Source of the DNA: the human T2T-CHM13v2.0 reference genome, Homo sapiens
Direction: 5' to 3' (one strand)
Assembly (NCBI RefSeq): GCF_009914755.1
Contig: NC_060932.1
Length of the DNA: 64,000 nt
Shown: positions 27,251 to 42,569 of the stretch, piece after piece
How positions within the stretch are numbered: position 1 is the first letter of the stretch
How the letters are laid out: the number at the start of each line of letters is the position of its first letter
Notes under the pieces: generated by a model
Seen by the model: only the letters and a program-made list of their open reading frames with translations
Told to the model about the DNA's origin: nothing
Database searches by the model: none
Position numbers and translations under genes: made by a program

Positions 27251-28168
27251 TCCCACCCTGTCCTTCTACTCAAGGACTTAGTAATCAAAATCCCCTGCTT
27301 AGAAAGTTGCTGATAAACTCAGTCATACTCAAACTAAACTGCTGGACTTCGATGGCTTAAAGAGTTTCTATTTCCTTGGAGACCTTTGACTGACGTTAAA
27401 AAAAGAATCTCTAGTGGTGGAATTGCAAATACTCTTAAGTCAGTGAAGGGAGATATTTGAAAGAGCATGGGCCTTTTCTGGAACTCCAGAAATCATAACT
27501 TGGAGGCCAGAATTTCATATTGAAAAAACTGAGAGGGAAGAAAAAAAGACTATTTTCTGAAAATTCTAAAAGGACCAAATGAACTTGAATTGCCCTTCAA
27601 GAACTAGGTGAACAAATTGCTCTTTGTTTTTTGTCATTCTTATGTGATTTCTGTTGCAATTCAGTTTAAGATGGGGCATTGGCAATTTTGTGATCTTGTG
27701 ACAAATCATGGGGACTCAATGAATATTAACAAATCCCCAGTGACCTGAGATTGCAGGACTCCATAGTTACTCTCAAAGGAAATAGTTTGTATCAAAACAC
27801 TTTCTGATGTGAAGGCAGGCTAAAGGAGAAGCTGATAAATTCAGGCTGTTTATCAAACAGTTTATTTTGCTGGGGAGACAGAAAAGAGTAAACCAATATG
27901 ATGAAGGCCTTCTTCTCAGCTTTGTAACAGAGAATATACAGTATTTACCTGGGAAGATTGTTGACTGGGTCCACAATTCACATAAAATTATGCAGGTTTT
28001 CTGAATATGTCATGGGAACATTTTTTGTCCTCTCTTTGGAAATTGCTCATTTTTAAAACTTCATGATTCATTTTGTAATATTTTTTCGGAGTGAAGCAGG
28101 CAAAGCCAACGCACTTGACTTGAAGAGGTTGCTTATGAGAAAGGTTTGAACAGCACAGGCTTTGAACC

Positions 28169-28521
28169 TGTCTGAGGTTGATTCCCTGGAAATGGACTCT
28201 GAGATGGAGTTTTGTGTATATGAGTTTTATCAGAGGGTAAGCCTAGGGACAGCACATGTAAAAAAATTGGAGGAATTAGAATTAGGCAGGGGAAGAAGTT
28301 TAATGGGGATAGAGTTGGAACAGAGGCCTCAGAAGACCCCATGAGAGCTTTGTTGTACTCTTCCAAACTGAGGCAAAGCGGTTAGGCTCTGGAACCACTT
28401 CTTATCAATGGGGCCTGACTTTGGGTGAGGGAGCTCCCTTTGTGGAGGGAAATTCCAGGAAAGGTCAGTTGTGAGTCCTCAGCAGACAAAGCTTCAGCCA
28501 GCTCCCACAGTGTCCAGAACA
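28169..28521 (-). mobile_element. LTR16-family (ERVL) LTR
   Basis: tgtctgaggttgattccctgg...ctctgagatggag...ggcaggggaagaag...gaccccatgagagct pattern, ends cagtgtccagaaca. Confidence 0.65.
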
Positions 28522-28778
28522 GGAGTCATACCCTCGGGTTAGAATCTGGCAGCTCCACGGCCTAGTAGTTGTGAGAATTTAAGCAGTTCATTTAAACCTC
28601 TGAGATTACCTCACAGGATGTTGAAAGTTCAATGAGTTTTACTGCTTAGTAAAGTGCCTAGAATTTAGGCAACGGTCGAAAAGCATTGTTATTATTACAT
28701 GGTGCTTTATGAAAATTATTAGTTCATGTTTTTCTCCTGAGTTCTACATTCACAGATGTAATTGGTGACTGACGTCAC

Positions 28779-29186
28779 TGTATTAGTTTGTTCTCGCACT
28801 GCTATAATGAAATGCCTGAGACTGGGTAATTTACAAAGAAAAGAGGGTTCATTGGCTCACATTTCTGTGGGTTGTAAAGGAAGCATAATGGCTTCTGCTT
28901 CTGGGGAGGCCCCGGGAAGCTTCCAATCATGGTGGAAAGTGGAAGGCAAACAGGCACATCTTATATGGCACAGCAAGAGCAAAAGAGAGATGGGGGAAGT
29001 GCTGTACACTTTTAAACAACCAGCTCTTGTGAGAACTCTGTCACAAGAACAACACCAGGCGGATGGTGCTAAACCATTAGAAACTGCCCCCGTGATCCAA
29101 TCACCTTCCACCAGGCCCCACCTCCAGCACCGGAGATTACAGTTTGACATGAGATTTGTGCAGAGCCACAGATCCAAACCTTATCA
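28779..29186 (-). mobile_element. MSTA solo LTR (ERVL-MaLR)
   Basis: tgtattagtttgttctcgcactgctata...ttttaaacaaccag...ggatggtgctaaaccatt...gatccaaaccttatca; flanks gtcac / gtcgt. Confidence 0.92.
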
Positions 29187-30547
29187 GTCGTATATCTGGG
29201 TGTGCCACAGTTTCTTCAAATTCTATTCTACTACGCTAAACTCTTATCTACTTCATCCTCAGGCTACAGCCCGAGAGAACGAGGGTAACTCATAGGGAGA
29301 AATAGCCATAAGAACAGGAGCAAGAAAGAGAAGGGCAGTGGGGGAAGGGGATGCAGATTTTTGATGACATGGAGGAGCCCCTGAAACCAGATCCTCCCCT
29401 GGACTTTGCAGTATGTGAACCAACTCTCTTTTTGACCAGGTGGTTTTAACTGGGTTTATGTCACTTGTAATCAGGAGTCTTGACCAACGTTTCATTTTTC
29501 AGGTTGTGTCCTCTTTGCCTGAATGAAACTTATCATTTTAGTCTGCCCTCTTATTGCGAAGTTCCTTGAAATGCCAAATAGCTCGTTTGTGAAACTCGTA
29601 AGGTAAACTTGCAATGGAGTAGATAGTTTCCAAATTAAACACTTCTACCCTGTTCTATACCAACTCCTGCACCTGAGACAGAGAGAAGCCTAGAGAGAGC
29701 TGACAGCAGAAGTCACTTTTTGCCAGCCTCAAGGCTCTAGACTTGTTAATTTAGAGTTCGTGGTGGACCCTCTGTAATTTTGCACTATCCTTGGGCACTG
29801 CCAAAAATATAGCATTCAATTTTATTGTGCAAAAAGAAGCCAGGGGTGATGTTGGACCTCTTTGGGAAAAAGAAAATACTCAATCCTCCAAAACTTCTTA
29901 AAGTTTAATGGCATTTTGTTACATATTAATAATCATCTAATGGCAAATAACTTTTAACTACTCAATAAAACATAAGCAGGACTACTACGTGAGAAATATT
30001 TTGGAAGCTTCCAGTTTATGAAAATGTTAAGACAGTTATTTCAAAAGACCATGAGTAATGTGAATTTTATTAATTCAGAAGATTTTCTCATTCCATGCAC
30101 TTGTTTCACAGTGGGTAAGTTTTACTCTTTGTAACATAATTCATACTGATTTCGAGCTCCTTGAGGATAGAAATTTTGTGTACTTAGCTTACTTTGAAAA
30201 GAACCCAGAATAATTCCAGATTGCTTTCTCCTCTGAACTTTTGTATTAGTTGCTCATTCAAAAGTTGAGCAACTAATTAGTTGCTCACATAAAACTCATT
30301 TTGTATTTAGCATATGCTGTTTGGAGTTTTAACTTTTTTTAAAATTTGAAGAGTATATACAAAATTAAAGATAGGTAAACAATACAGAGTTCCTTTCCTG
30401 AAAGTTCTTTTACTTCTTATTTTTAATGTGTACATTTTCTTTTGTTCAATGTTTTCTGTCAGTGTTATGCTATTTTAATGATAGCTAATTACAGTATTTT
30501 AGCAGTTAATCTTCCTAATTTAATTTTCTAATTCCAGACTTCCCAGT

Positions 30548-30823
30548 GAAGTCAACCAGTTGTGGATTGAAAATATTAAAAAAAAAATGTGTCCCTACTG
30601 AACACATACAGACTTTTGTCATGTCATTATTACCCATACAATACAGTATGACAACTATTTACATAGCGTTTACATTGTATTAGGTATTGTGTATAATCTA
30701 GAGATGATTTAAAGAGCACAGTAGGATGTGTGTAGGTTATATGCAAATACTATGCCATTTTATATCAGGAGTGTCCTCTGGAGTTCCTGGAGCCAATCCC
30801 CAAGGATACAGAAGGACGACTGT
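30548..30823. mobile_element. MER2 (TcMar-Tigger) fragment
   Basis: caactatttacatagcgtttacattgtattaggtatt...aatctagagatgatttaaag...ggatacagaaggacgactgta. Confidence 0.88.
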
Positions 30824-30829
30824 ATATAA

Positions 30830-30883
30830 GTGTGTGTGTGTGTGCATGTGTGTGTGTGTGTTGTGCATGTACATAGACATATG

Positions 30884-30926
<43 letters not shown>
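30830..30926. repeat. Compound (TG)n ... (CA)n microsatellite
   Basis: Interrupted TG run 30830-30860, purine/pyrimidine spacer, then ~20 pure CA units. Confidence 0.97.
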
Positions 30927-30928
<2 letters not shown>

Positions 30929-32224
30929 TGGATCCTCAAATAGATTGTAGGCCTTTGAAGGCAGTCAGCATATATTTCTTATAATCTTATAATACTCTAG
31001 AGCCAATCATAATGCTTTTGCACTTCAGAGAAACTCAGTAAACAGTGTTTTAATTATAGTGGTCATGACAACAGTGTATCATCTGACAGCTCTAAGAAAA
31101 AGATCTAATAATTCACTATTGGCATGACTGCCTCATTCTAATGGGGCTACTTTTGATGAAAGAGCAAGCAGACCCTGGCATTTCCTCTGGCTTTCTCTGC
31201 AACTATTAATATTTCTTATACTTTCTTGGAGATTCATTACTACCTGTGTCAGGAGAGGTATAGCTTTGAGAATTCAATTGTGTGAAGAATGTTAGCAAAA
31301 TGGATTTGTATTCCTTCAGCTCAAGGGTAGAAATGTCAAGAAATTTGGAAGATAAGAGGGAGTAGAGGCATGGACAATGAGGCACAAGGAAAAGCATAAG
31401 AATGTTTCTTTGCCATTTTAGCATTCATCTTTTTGTGAATTTTGCTTTCTGTATACAGCTCACCTTCCTCTGTTATCTGTCTCTACTGCATGATTCCTTC
31501 TCATTCCCACATTTGAAAGAGTTGTAGAAGGTAACAAGTATTTAATAACAAAAGACTGGGAATACAAGGACGGAGCAGCAGAGATGTTCAGTGGGAAATG
31601 TTATCAAATCATCTAGGCACCCCTTTTGAGCAGCACCTAGCATTGCTCTAGGGTAGATAAAAGAAGAAAATGTGGAAGTAAAAAAGAAAATAAAATATTA
31701 ATATTCATTCATTTTTTTCTCAGTAAATTCTCTTGTCCACAATGTGTCAGGTATATTAGCACCTTACAGCTTAAAAATGACAACCATATATATACCTGGA
31801 CTTGGTGGTGTCAAGCTTTGGGATGAAGATGGAAATCCTTCTTATGGGAGTCTAAAGGGGCCAAAGAATTATCTAGGAGGGACAGAGGTGAAGGAATGAA
31901 GAGTGTTTTCTTTCAAGTCCATTTTAATCCCTCTTTTTAACTTTGCTTTCCTATTTAACTTCATTTTTTTCTTAAAGATTTTAGTTTTACATAGAGATGT
32001 TTAAAAACAAAGCCTCTCTGTAGGTCATGTGAGAATATATTAATCATTATCAGTCATTTTTTTCAATGATAGCACATTTAAGGATAAATTGTTAGCCATT
32101 AAATTCATGAAATCCTTCACCCTTAATACAGAATCTTTAACTTAGAATATTTTTGAAAAAAGTGTGAAACAGACTATCAATATGTTTTCATTTAGCTCTT
32201 GGTGAACTTGGCATTGCTGTTTTA

Positions 32225-32303
32225 TTTGGTTGGTGCAATAGTATTTGCAGTTTTTGCCACTGCGTTTAATGGCAAAACCGCAATTACTTTTGCACCAACC
32301 TAA
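32225..32303. mobile_element. MADE1 MITE (Hsmar1-derived)
   Basis: 79 bp near-palindrome ggttggtgcaa...ttgcaccaacctaa flanked by TA on both sides. Confidence 0.95.
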
Positions 32304-32783
32304 TATAGGGGCACATGAATGCTGAAGATGAGGGGATCAGTAATGATTCTGAAAAGGTGGTCAGATCCCGACTCACAAATAAATATTCCCATTAGTAACT
32401 CACTGGGGTTTCTTTTCAAGTGTTATCATATTAGCCTTTGGCTGCTGAACAGTCCTTCTTAGTTTCCAGAATGTGGCTGAGAGTAACAAGGGTGTAACAA
32501 ATGAAGTCTTTACAAAGAATGAGCCTATCATCTTTGAGGAAATTCTCAATGGGTTGGCCAAGGAAAGAGAATGGCTGATGAGTCTGTGGTGGTGAGTCCC
32601 TATACCTTGATTCTATTCCTTCAATTGCCATGAGTTAGCTGTTTAAACATGATGCTAGTCATGCAAATATGCTGAGCATATTTAGATCTGAAAAATATAG
32701 GATGGTCTTTTTAGGTCCCTTTTGGACTTAAGGTAAATCAAGTGTGTGAGAGGATAGGTTGCAAAACAAGTACGTAGTGTTAC

Positions 32784-33151
32784 TGAAATGGATCCAGTTT
32801 TAACTTACTGATGTCTTATCTCAGTTCCTTTCTCAGGGAACTGATCATCAGGCCTTCTGGCAAATATCAGAGAGCTGAGGCTTTCTATTGATAGGTCACT
32901 GCCCCTGGGAAATGAGATGCACCTACTGCCTGTTGTCCAACTCCCTTTTCTTACCCTTCCTCAGTTCCCTGCTATATAAACCCCTAACTTTAGTCTGTGG
33001 GAGAGGGATGGATTTGAGGTTTGTCTTCTGTCTCTCTGGCTGATGTCACATGAATAAAACCTTCTTCTCTGCTAATATCTGTTGTCTCAGTAATTGGCTT
33101 TGCGTGCAGCAAGCAAAGGGACCTAGACCGAACCCCTGGCATTTGGTAACA
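32784..33151 (+). mobile_element. Solo ERV1 LTR (MER66-like), internally deleted
   Basis: tgaaa start, gacctagaccgaacccctgg...ggtaaca end, TATA 32973-32980, AATAAA 33053-33058, 4 bp flanks ttac / tcac. Confidence 0.8.
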
Positions 33152-33158
33152 TCACAAC

Positions 33159-33201
33159 TATATATCTATATATATTACAAATATATATATATATAGATAT
33201 A
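33159..33201. repeat. (TA)n-rich microsatellite
   Basis: Interrupted TA runs read directly. Confidence 0.85.
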
Positions 33202-35147
33202 CCGAGAGCTGAAACCAGAATTTGGGATGAAGGTGGAAATTCTTTTTAGAGGCTGTTGAAAGGACAAGATGTTGGTGAGGGGAGCTTATAGGAAACTGCG
33301 TGGCACAAACAAGAGGATTAAGGATCTTTCTATCAACCATAAAACTTCTTAAAAGTTCCCCGCTATCTGACTTTCTTTATATGTTCTACACCACATAGAG
33401 ATTTAGGACAAAAAACCATGTATCATTATTCCAAGGAAAATACGATGCCAGTCACCTTACAATGAAACTTAGCAAACAGCCCATTCTTATAGTTTCCCTC
33501 TGCTCAGACACACAAACACATACACCTGTGCTTTGTTTACTCTTATTTTCTGCTGTTCATTTTTCTCCATGGTCCATTCCAAGATAAAGGTCCTTTGAAG
33601 GTGGAAAAAAATATCTGGTTCATCTTTGTCTTCTTAAAGCTGCATTTCCTAAAGTGGGTCCAATGGGAAACATTACAGTAATAAATTAGATGCTATTATG
33701 CACCCCCCCCCCAAAAAAAAAGAGGGCGAGGGAGGGCTTTGTGTCAAACCTGTTTGTGAAACAAGAAGGGGACATAGAATACAGGGTTTTCTGCACAGAA
33801 CGCTTTCCCACCCACCTTTTTTTTCTGGAGGGGAGCATTTTTCCTCATGACATCTGTCTTAGGATCAGTGTTTGTTGGGACTCACTTTGTGACACAGGCC
33901 TAAAGTAGGAAACTTTGTAGTAAGCAGAAAATAATAAATATAGCAGATGACTCTAAGCCATATGTTTTTCTCTTCAAATGATCCTAATTGGTGTTATGCT
34001 TTATTTCACTGGTGTTTTACAACCTGGTACATTGGGGAGAGCCACAGGGTCATTTATTGAACATTCAGAACAATGGGCAGAAGTACTTGTTGAGTAGGTT
34101 AACTTCTGCCACAAATGACAGGTGTGTCTAATGGTTTGGGAGAAGGGGAAGGAGAAGCAGCAATGGAATGCGCTTGAATAAGAAGGAACAAGAGCAAACG
34201 TTGGTAAGAGAGAAGGGGGATAATACCGGGCATAAGGTTACTTTCAGCCAGGTGAATCAGTCCTGGAGAGGTCACCTAGGCTGTCTGTTTAGACCAGGCA
34301 GAAGAAACTAGAAATCCAGAAATCCAAAAACTGGGATATTGAAGGGAAAAAGGGATAGGTTCCCAGGAAAGTAGTTTGTGGAAGCTAGGTGTTGTTTTAA
34401 CCTTGCGCACAGAAAATGCTCAGTAAATAGCCTTTGAAAAATGGACACCAATGGATAATAGAAGTCGATATTGAATCAAAGAGTTTTTGAGTTAGGTGGT
34501 TTCAAACATTCTTTCTGCTGAGGATCAGATATAATGTCAGACTATAGTTGGGCTGGGCACTGCAGAAAGAGGAAAATCAAGTTAACGAAACTGAGCAGGA
34601 AAAGACAGGGGCAAAGAACAAGGCAGCTATCAACTCCAGGCTGAGGTGCCAAATAAATACATCTCTCTCAAGTCTCTCATTTCTCCTGTTGAAATGCACG
34701 CTAACAGCTGCTAGTTTAGTATCCACTTTGGGTTCCCTGTTTAGTCACTGAAAACAAATACTGTCATCATTTCAGCAGAGAATATCTGTAGATAGCACAT
34801 ATTTTATATATATTTACATAGCAAGTTTACAGCTAACAAAAGATTGCTCTGATGAATATACAAGGAGAGAGATTAAAATGTACAAATATGCTTAGAGCTT
34901 AAGAGAAAACATTTACCTCATTTTCTTCCTGTCATGAGGGTAGACGCTTAAGACAGCATGAAAAATAGTGATTCTTTCTCCATTTATTCTGAAGCTTTCT
35001 CCATTGTTATGATGATACTGCCATTCACATTTTAAACAGATTTTTAAAAGATCTATATTTCTAATTCACGTTATGTTATATTCATCTAGCATGCTCACAA
35101 CAAGATAAAGCTAATAAAATCAGGGAAGATCGTCGAGGTTTAAGGTA

Positions 35148-35410
35148 TAGTAAGGTGGTTAAGAGAGTTAGAGTGCCTGGGTTTGTATCCTGGCTCTGAT
35201 GCTTGATACTGTGTGACCTTGGGTAAGTCACTTTACTTTCTGTGCCCCAGTTATTTAATTTGTAAAAGGGGGGAAATAGTGTCTCATTTATAGGGTTATT
35301 TAGAGATTAAATTAGTTAATATATGTGAGGCACTAGAACTGTACCAGGCACAAAGTAAATGCAACAGAGTACTAATGTTGGCTATTGCTGCTGTTATTAA
35401 TATTATTATT
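35148..35410 (+). mobile_element. MIR
   Basis: gtggttaagag, cctgggtttgtatcctggctct, tgtgtgaccttgggtaagtcactt, atagggtt, taatgttggctatt. Confidence 0.9.
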
Positions 35411-36110
35411 AAAGATCATAGTTACAGGGCCCAGTGGCTGAGGGTGGATTTGTGGTTTTCTCTTGTGTTCTAATATCAACCTGCTCTCAAGCACTTTGCT
35501 TCAGTTTCTGAAGTTGCCAAATAATATTAGAATACAAGGTTTCTTCATCCCTGTACTTAAATTTTATCTCAGTTGCAACAGCATTTCATTTCTGTATTTT
35601 CTATGTTTGTAGTGCTTTCTCTCAGTCAAAATATTTGCTAAACACTTACTCTCTGTCTGGCATAGTTTTTGGCCCAATAGAAGCAAGGCACCAGCCAACA
35701 CCAAAGTCAAATTGACGTGGAGCCACAGTGAAGAGGATGTGAAAGGGCCCTGCACTTGTGGAATTGACACTAGTTCAGGCAGGTGGAGAATAAGTAAGGA
35801 AAGAAGCGAATACAACAATTTCAGAATACCTGTGAAGAAAATGAGGCATTATATGAGAGTGACTAAATGAGGCAGAGAAATTTAACTTTTATTGGCTGCC
35901 CAGGCCATGGAAGACCTTGCTGAGAAGATTCTGGGTTGGAGGAGAAGATTCAGAAGAGATGAATTTCTTTTTATTAATGAGTTCATTTAGGATGATGGCT
36001 TTCTGCCCAACAGGGAAGTTATCTAGACTCGTCCTGTCCCATAGAAATAAAATGTGAGCCACTTATATAATTTTGAGGTTTCTTGTAACCATATTTGAAA
36101 AGTTAGTAGA

Positions 36111-36413
36111 GCTGGGCATGGTGGCATCTGCCTGTAGTCCCAAATACTTACTGGGGAGGCTAAAGTGGGAGGATCTTTCCAGTCCAGGCATTCTGGGCTA
36201 TAGTGCACTATGCTGATTGGGGTCCACACTAAGTTTGGCATCAATATGGTGACCTCCCTGGGAACAGAAAACCACCAGGTTGCCTAAAGAGGGATGAACT
36301 GGCCCAGGTCAGAAACAGAGTAGGTCAAAACTCCTATACTGAACAGCAGTGGAGTTGCACCTGTGTATAGCCACTGCATTCCAGCCTCAGCAACGTAGTG
36401 AGACCTTGTCTCT
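36111..36413 (+). pseudogene. Full-length 7SL (SRP) RNA retropseudogene
   Basis: Includes the S-domain absent from Alu (ctaagtttggcatcaatatggtgacctccc, accaccaggttgcctaa, ggtcaaaactcc); A-rich/(ATAC)n tail; degenerate TSD aaaagttagtaga / aaaaggtaagaaga. Confidence 0.95.
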
Positions 36414-36421
36414 TATAAATA

Positions 36422-36448
36422 AATACATACATACATACATACATACAT
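36422..36448. repeat. (ATAC)n microsatellite in 7SL tail
   Basis: About six tandem ATAC units read directly. Confidence 0.9.
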
Positions 36449-36668
36449 AAAATTGTAAAAGGTAAGAAGAATTAGTTTTAATAATATATTTTAACATAAT
36501 ATATCAAAAATATTATTTCAACATGTAATATGAAAAATCATTGAGCTATTTTATATTCTTCTTTTTTTTACTAAGTCTTCAAAATCCATAATGTCTTTGA
36601 TGCTTATTCAGCACATCTCAATTGGACTTACCACATTTCAAATGCTCAGCAGCCACAGGGGGTTGGCG

Positions 36669-36776
36669 CCACCATGTTTGGATAGCACCACTGCCTTGAT
36701 AGCACTGCTGTGTTGGATAGCACCACTGTGTTGGATAGCTACACTGTGTTGCATAGCACTGTTGCGTTTGATAGTG
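36669..36776. repeat. ~18 bp minisatellite, 6 degenerate copies
   Basis: Consensus ccactgtgttggatagca; units start at 36669, 36688, 36705, 36723, 36741, 36759. Confidence 0.9.
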
Positions 36777-36787
36777 TTGGCCTAGAC

Positions 36788-37290
<503 letters not shown>

Positions 37291-37739
37291 ATTGAGATTA
37301 TCACAACAATCCCCACAGAGACTGTGAGGTCCCAGAAACAGGACCCATCTTACTCCATGTTATATCCTGAGTATTCAGCACAAGGCCTGGCAATAGCTGA
37401 AGCTCAACGCATTTTTAAAAACTGAATCAATGTATATAACAATGTAAACTAGTGCTCACAGTTATGGAATTACTTTTAGAGCAACAGATGTTTACTCCTC
37501 GTGATCATTCTGTCACAATTTCATACAAAAATAAAGGCAGTTTCTAATTTTGAGCACTTTCCTTATCATTTCCCCTGCCTCAAATTTCACACATTGATTC
37601 TACATTGCCTAATTAAGAGCCATTCCTCAATGCTCCCTCTATTGTTTCATTTGTCCTATTACAAGAGGGCAACAGAGTTCAGTTTCATAACTCCCAGTTC
37701 TTTAAACACACATTTGTCTTAAACAATGATTTCATCATT

Positions 37740-38190
37740 TGTTGTTTAATGTTCCTTTCTCCTTCCTTCTTGAGGGCAAGAAATGGATCTATTTTGGTCG
37801 CAGTAGTAATCCCAGCACCTAGCTCAGGGACTGGAACACGGAGGCTGTGCTGTATTGAAAAGAATGTTTGAAAACATGCTAAAGTCTATGAAATGGGCTC
37901 TTGGGATGGTGTGTTGGAAGAATGTTCTAGACAGAGGAAACAATGCAAGCAAAGGCATTGAGGAGCAGTGATACAGGAAAATTAAGATTTGTTTTGAGAA
38001 CTGCAAATAGTTGGTATGGCTGGAATGTTGAGGGCATGGCAGGGGAGAGTGTAGCAAGTGAGGCCCTGGATTGCAATAGGTCCAGCACACATCTTCAAAG
38101 AACATGTAGGACAACAACACTTTCAGATTTTATTCTGAAGGCTAAGAGCTTAAGTACTTAAGAGTAGCCAGGCAGGTAAGAAAAGGCACA
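37740..38190. mobile_element. L2 fragments (both orientations)
   Basis: cttgagggcaag...cccagcacctag...gaatg (+); gaatgttctagacagaggaaacaatgcaagcaaaggcattgagg (-). Confidence 0.65.
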
Positions 38191-38439
38191 GCTGAGCACA
38201 GGATGATAGAACGCAATTGCCTGTCCGCCTCAGTGCAGGGCTCAGTCATAGGAGGAGAGGACTCTGTTGAAAGGGGAGGATTTGCAGCCAGTTGTTGCAA
38301 CTTAGCTTCCAACAGATGAGAAAATAAATTCTTCTTCAACACATGGAGCTTGTGTAAAATTAGCCCTACATTTGGCTACAAAGAAAATTTATTTAAATAA
38401 TTTTTAAATAAATGGAAATTTTATAGGCCCATTCTACAA

Positions 38440-39260
38440 TGAAAAGCCAATAAAATGATAAATAATAGAAAGACAAATATAAACTAAATTAACTATCGTT
38501 TTATTCATGAAATTGGCAAACATTGAAATTATGGTAATGTTAAATATTGTCAAGGGTAGGAGGAAGAAATTATATCTCACTGTGTTGGTGAAAATGTGAA
38601 TTATTACAAACTGTCTGGAAAGTAATCTGGTACTAATTATTAAAGTTAAACATATACATAGTTCTTGACCTAGCAGTCTTATTCAGGAGAATCTAGTTCT
38701 TACAAATAAAAATCCAAATAATTAAGTATATATGCAGAAGAATATTTAGTGCACCATTGCTGTGAAAAAAAGAACAGGAAAATGGTGAATGGGGAATTGT
38801 TGAATAAATTCTGGTACATCTATATAAAATTGGATATACAGCTATTTTATAAAGAATGAACAGTATCTTTATCTTTATTTTTTGACTTGGAGAGATATTG
38901 GTATTGTATTGTAAGAAAAGCAAGACACTGATAAGAAGATGTAAAATTATCTCATTCTTGAATATCAAACAACGTTATGACCCTTCTCTCTTTATAAATA
39001 TCTGTAGATGTTTTTATATGACTATAAAAACCTAAAGAAAAGAGTGGAATAATAAGCGATAGACTTAATAGACCCTTAAATCTGGACTGCAGTGGTATTC
39101 GTCGGAATGGAAAAGAAGATGGAGAAAAGGGAGAGAAGTAAAATTTTAGAAAGACTTTAAAAAGAGGGTCAATGAGAAAAAGTAGAATGTATGATGGTGT
39201 CATTCCTGGGTGGTGAGATTTTAGTTGCCTGTTTTTTATGGTCCAAGGGCTAATAATGAT
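38440..39260 (+). mobile_element. Ancient L1ME 3' region
   Basis: gttggtgaaaatgtgaatt...ctggaaagtaatctgg, cttgacctagcag, gttgaataaattctggtacatc. Confidence 0.7.
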
Positions 39261-39609
39261 TGTCATATTTTTAAACAGTTACCTTTTAAATGGTTATATA
39301 GGTACCTAGTGTAATAGCCTTGATTTTTTTCCTCTTGGTCCTCAAAGCCTACAGTTGTTACCATGTAGAGCTTTTCAAAAAGGTTTGCTGCCTTCTGATC
39401 TCTTTAAACTTTTGAGGATTCCTACTTGTACTTTGAAAACAATATGAGGTAAATAGATAACACAACTTTTCTCTATTATTTAGTGACTTTGTTTGAGGTC
39501 ACCTCAATTTCTTTTTAATATTTTTGTTCTTTTCTTCTAAATGCACCTTGTTTTCTTAAAATGTCCTTCTAGAGGATCTGCTGTAGTATCCTCCAACCAG
39601 CCACAGTGT

Positions 39610-40510
<901 letters not shown>

Positions 40511-40659
40511 TTTTTTTATGTTAGGTACATGAAGATGAATTAGGGATAATACATGCTGGATTCAAATGGCAGAACAGGCAAAAAAGAGGTCTGGTATGAA
40601 TGACCTTTAGTGTCCCTCTTATAAACCAGAGATCACTACTGGATTCAATGATAAATTAG

Positions 40660-42035
<1,376 letters not shown>

Positions 42036-42569
42036 GAACATTATCACCCTAACTAACTTGAAAAAGTCTTAAGGTGCTTCCATGGGACTCTTAAGTTTTT
42101 TCTTTTGATAGAAACTACCAGTTTCATTCAATTGATGGCATATTTTAAAATATTTGCTTTTTATTTTCTGGCTATTTGGCATAAGGTAAAAGCACAACCA
42201 TGATTAAACTTGGAATTACCTAATAATGCAACCTTACTCATGGTTGGATGTCTAGTATCAATGTTTTGAAAATAATCAGTTGATTTGCTGTTGGATAGAT
42301 ATTGTTTATCTGATAAAACTACCTAGCTATTTTGAAGGAATGACTTTTATGTAATGTTATTTCCTCCCACAGTCTGCAAAAAACAAATTGTGTTTTCTAA
42401 ATGGTAAACGATTTTAGGAAATACTGTCTTTAGGTATTTTTGTCATTCTGCTGAATGAAGAAATTAATTTTCCTTTTGGAGTTTCGGCTAATTCTTTGAG
42501 CTATTACAAATCAAGAGCCTTCTGGCTTTGAATATGCTTTGAAAAGAGGTCCTATTGCAAATTCTATTT

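Larger units (their letters stand above)
36027..36690. mobile_element. MER33 (hAT-Charlie), interrupted by 7SL retrocopy
   Basis: ctgtcccatagaaataaaatgtgagccac before the insertion; ttttaataatatatttt...actaagtcttcaaaatcc...cagcacatctcaatt...ccacatttcaaatgctca after it. Confidence 0.88.

Noticed and set aside
28762-29295. 177 aa ORF, the longest non-L1 ORF
   Set aside because: Lies antisense across the MSTA LTR, starts at TTG and has no recognisable domain
36669-36776. CRISPR-like appearance of the 18 bp array
   Set aside because: Units are contiguous with no unique spacers, no cas genes are present, and the context is primate DNA
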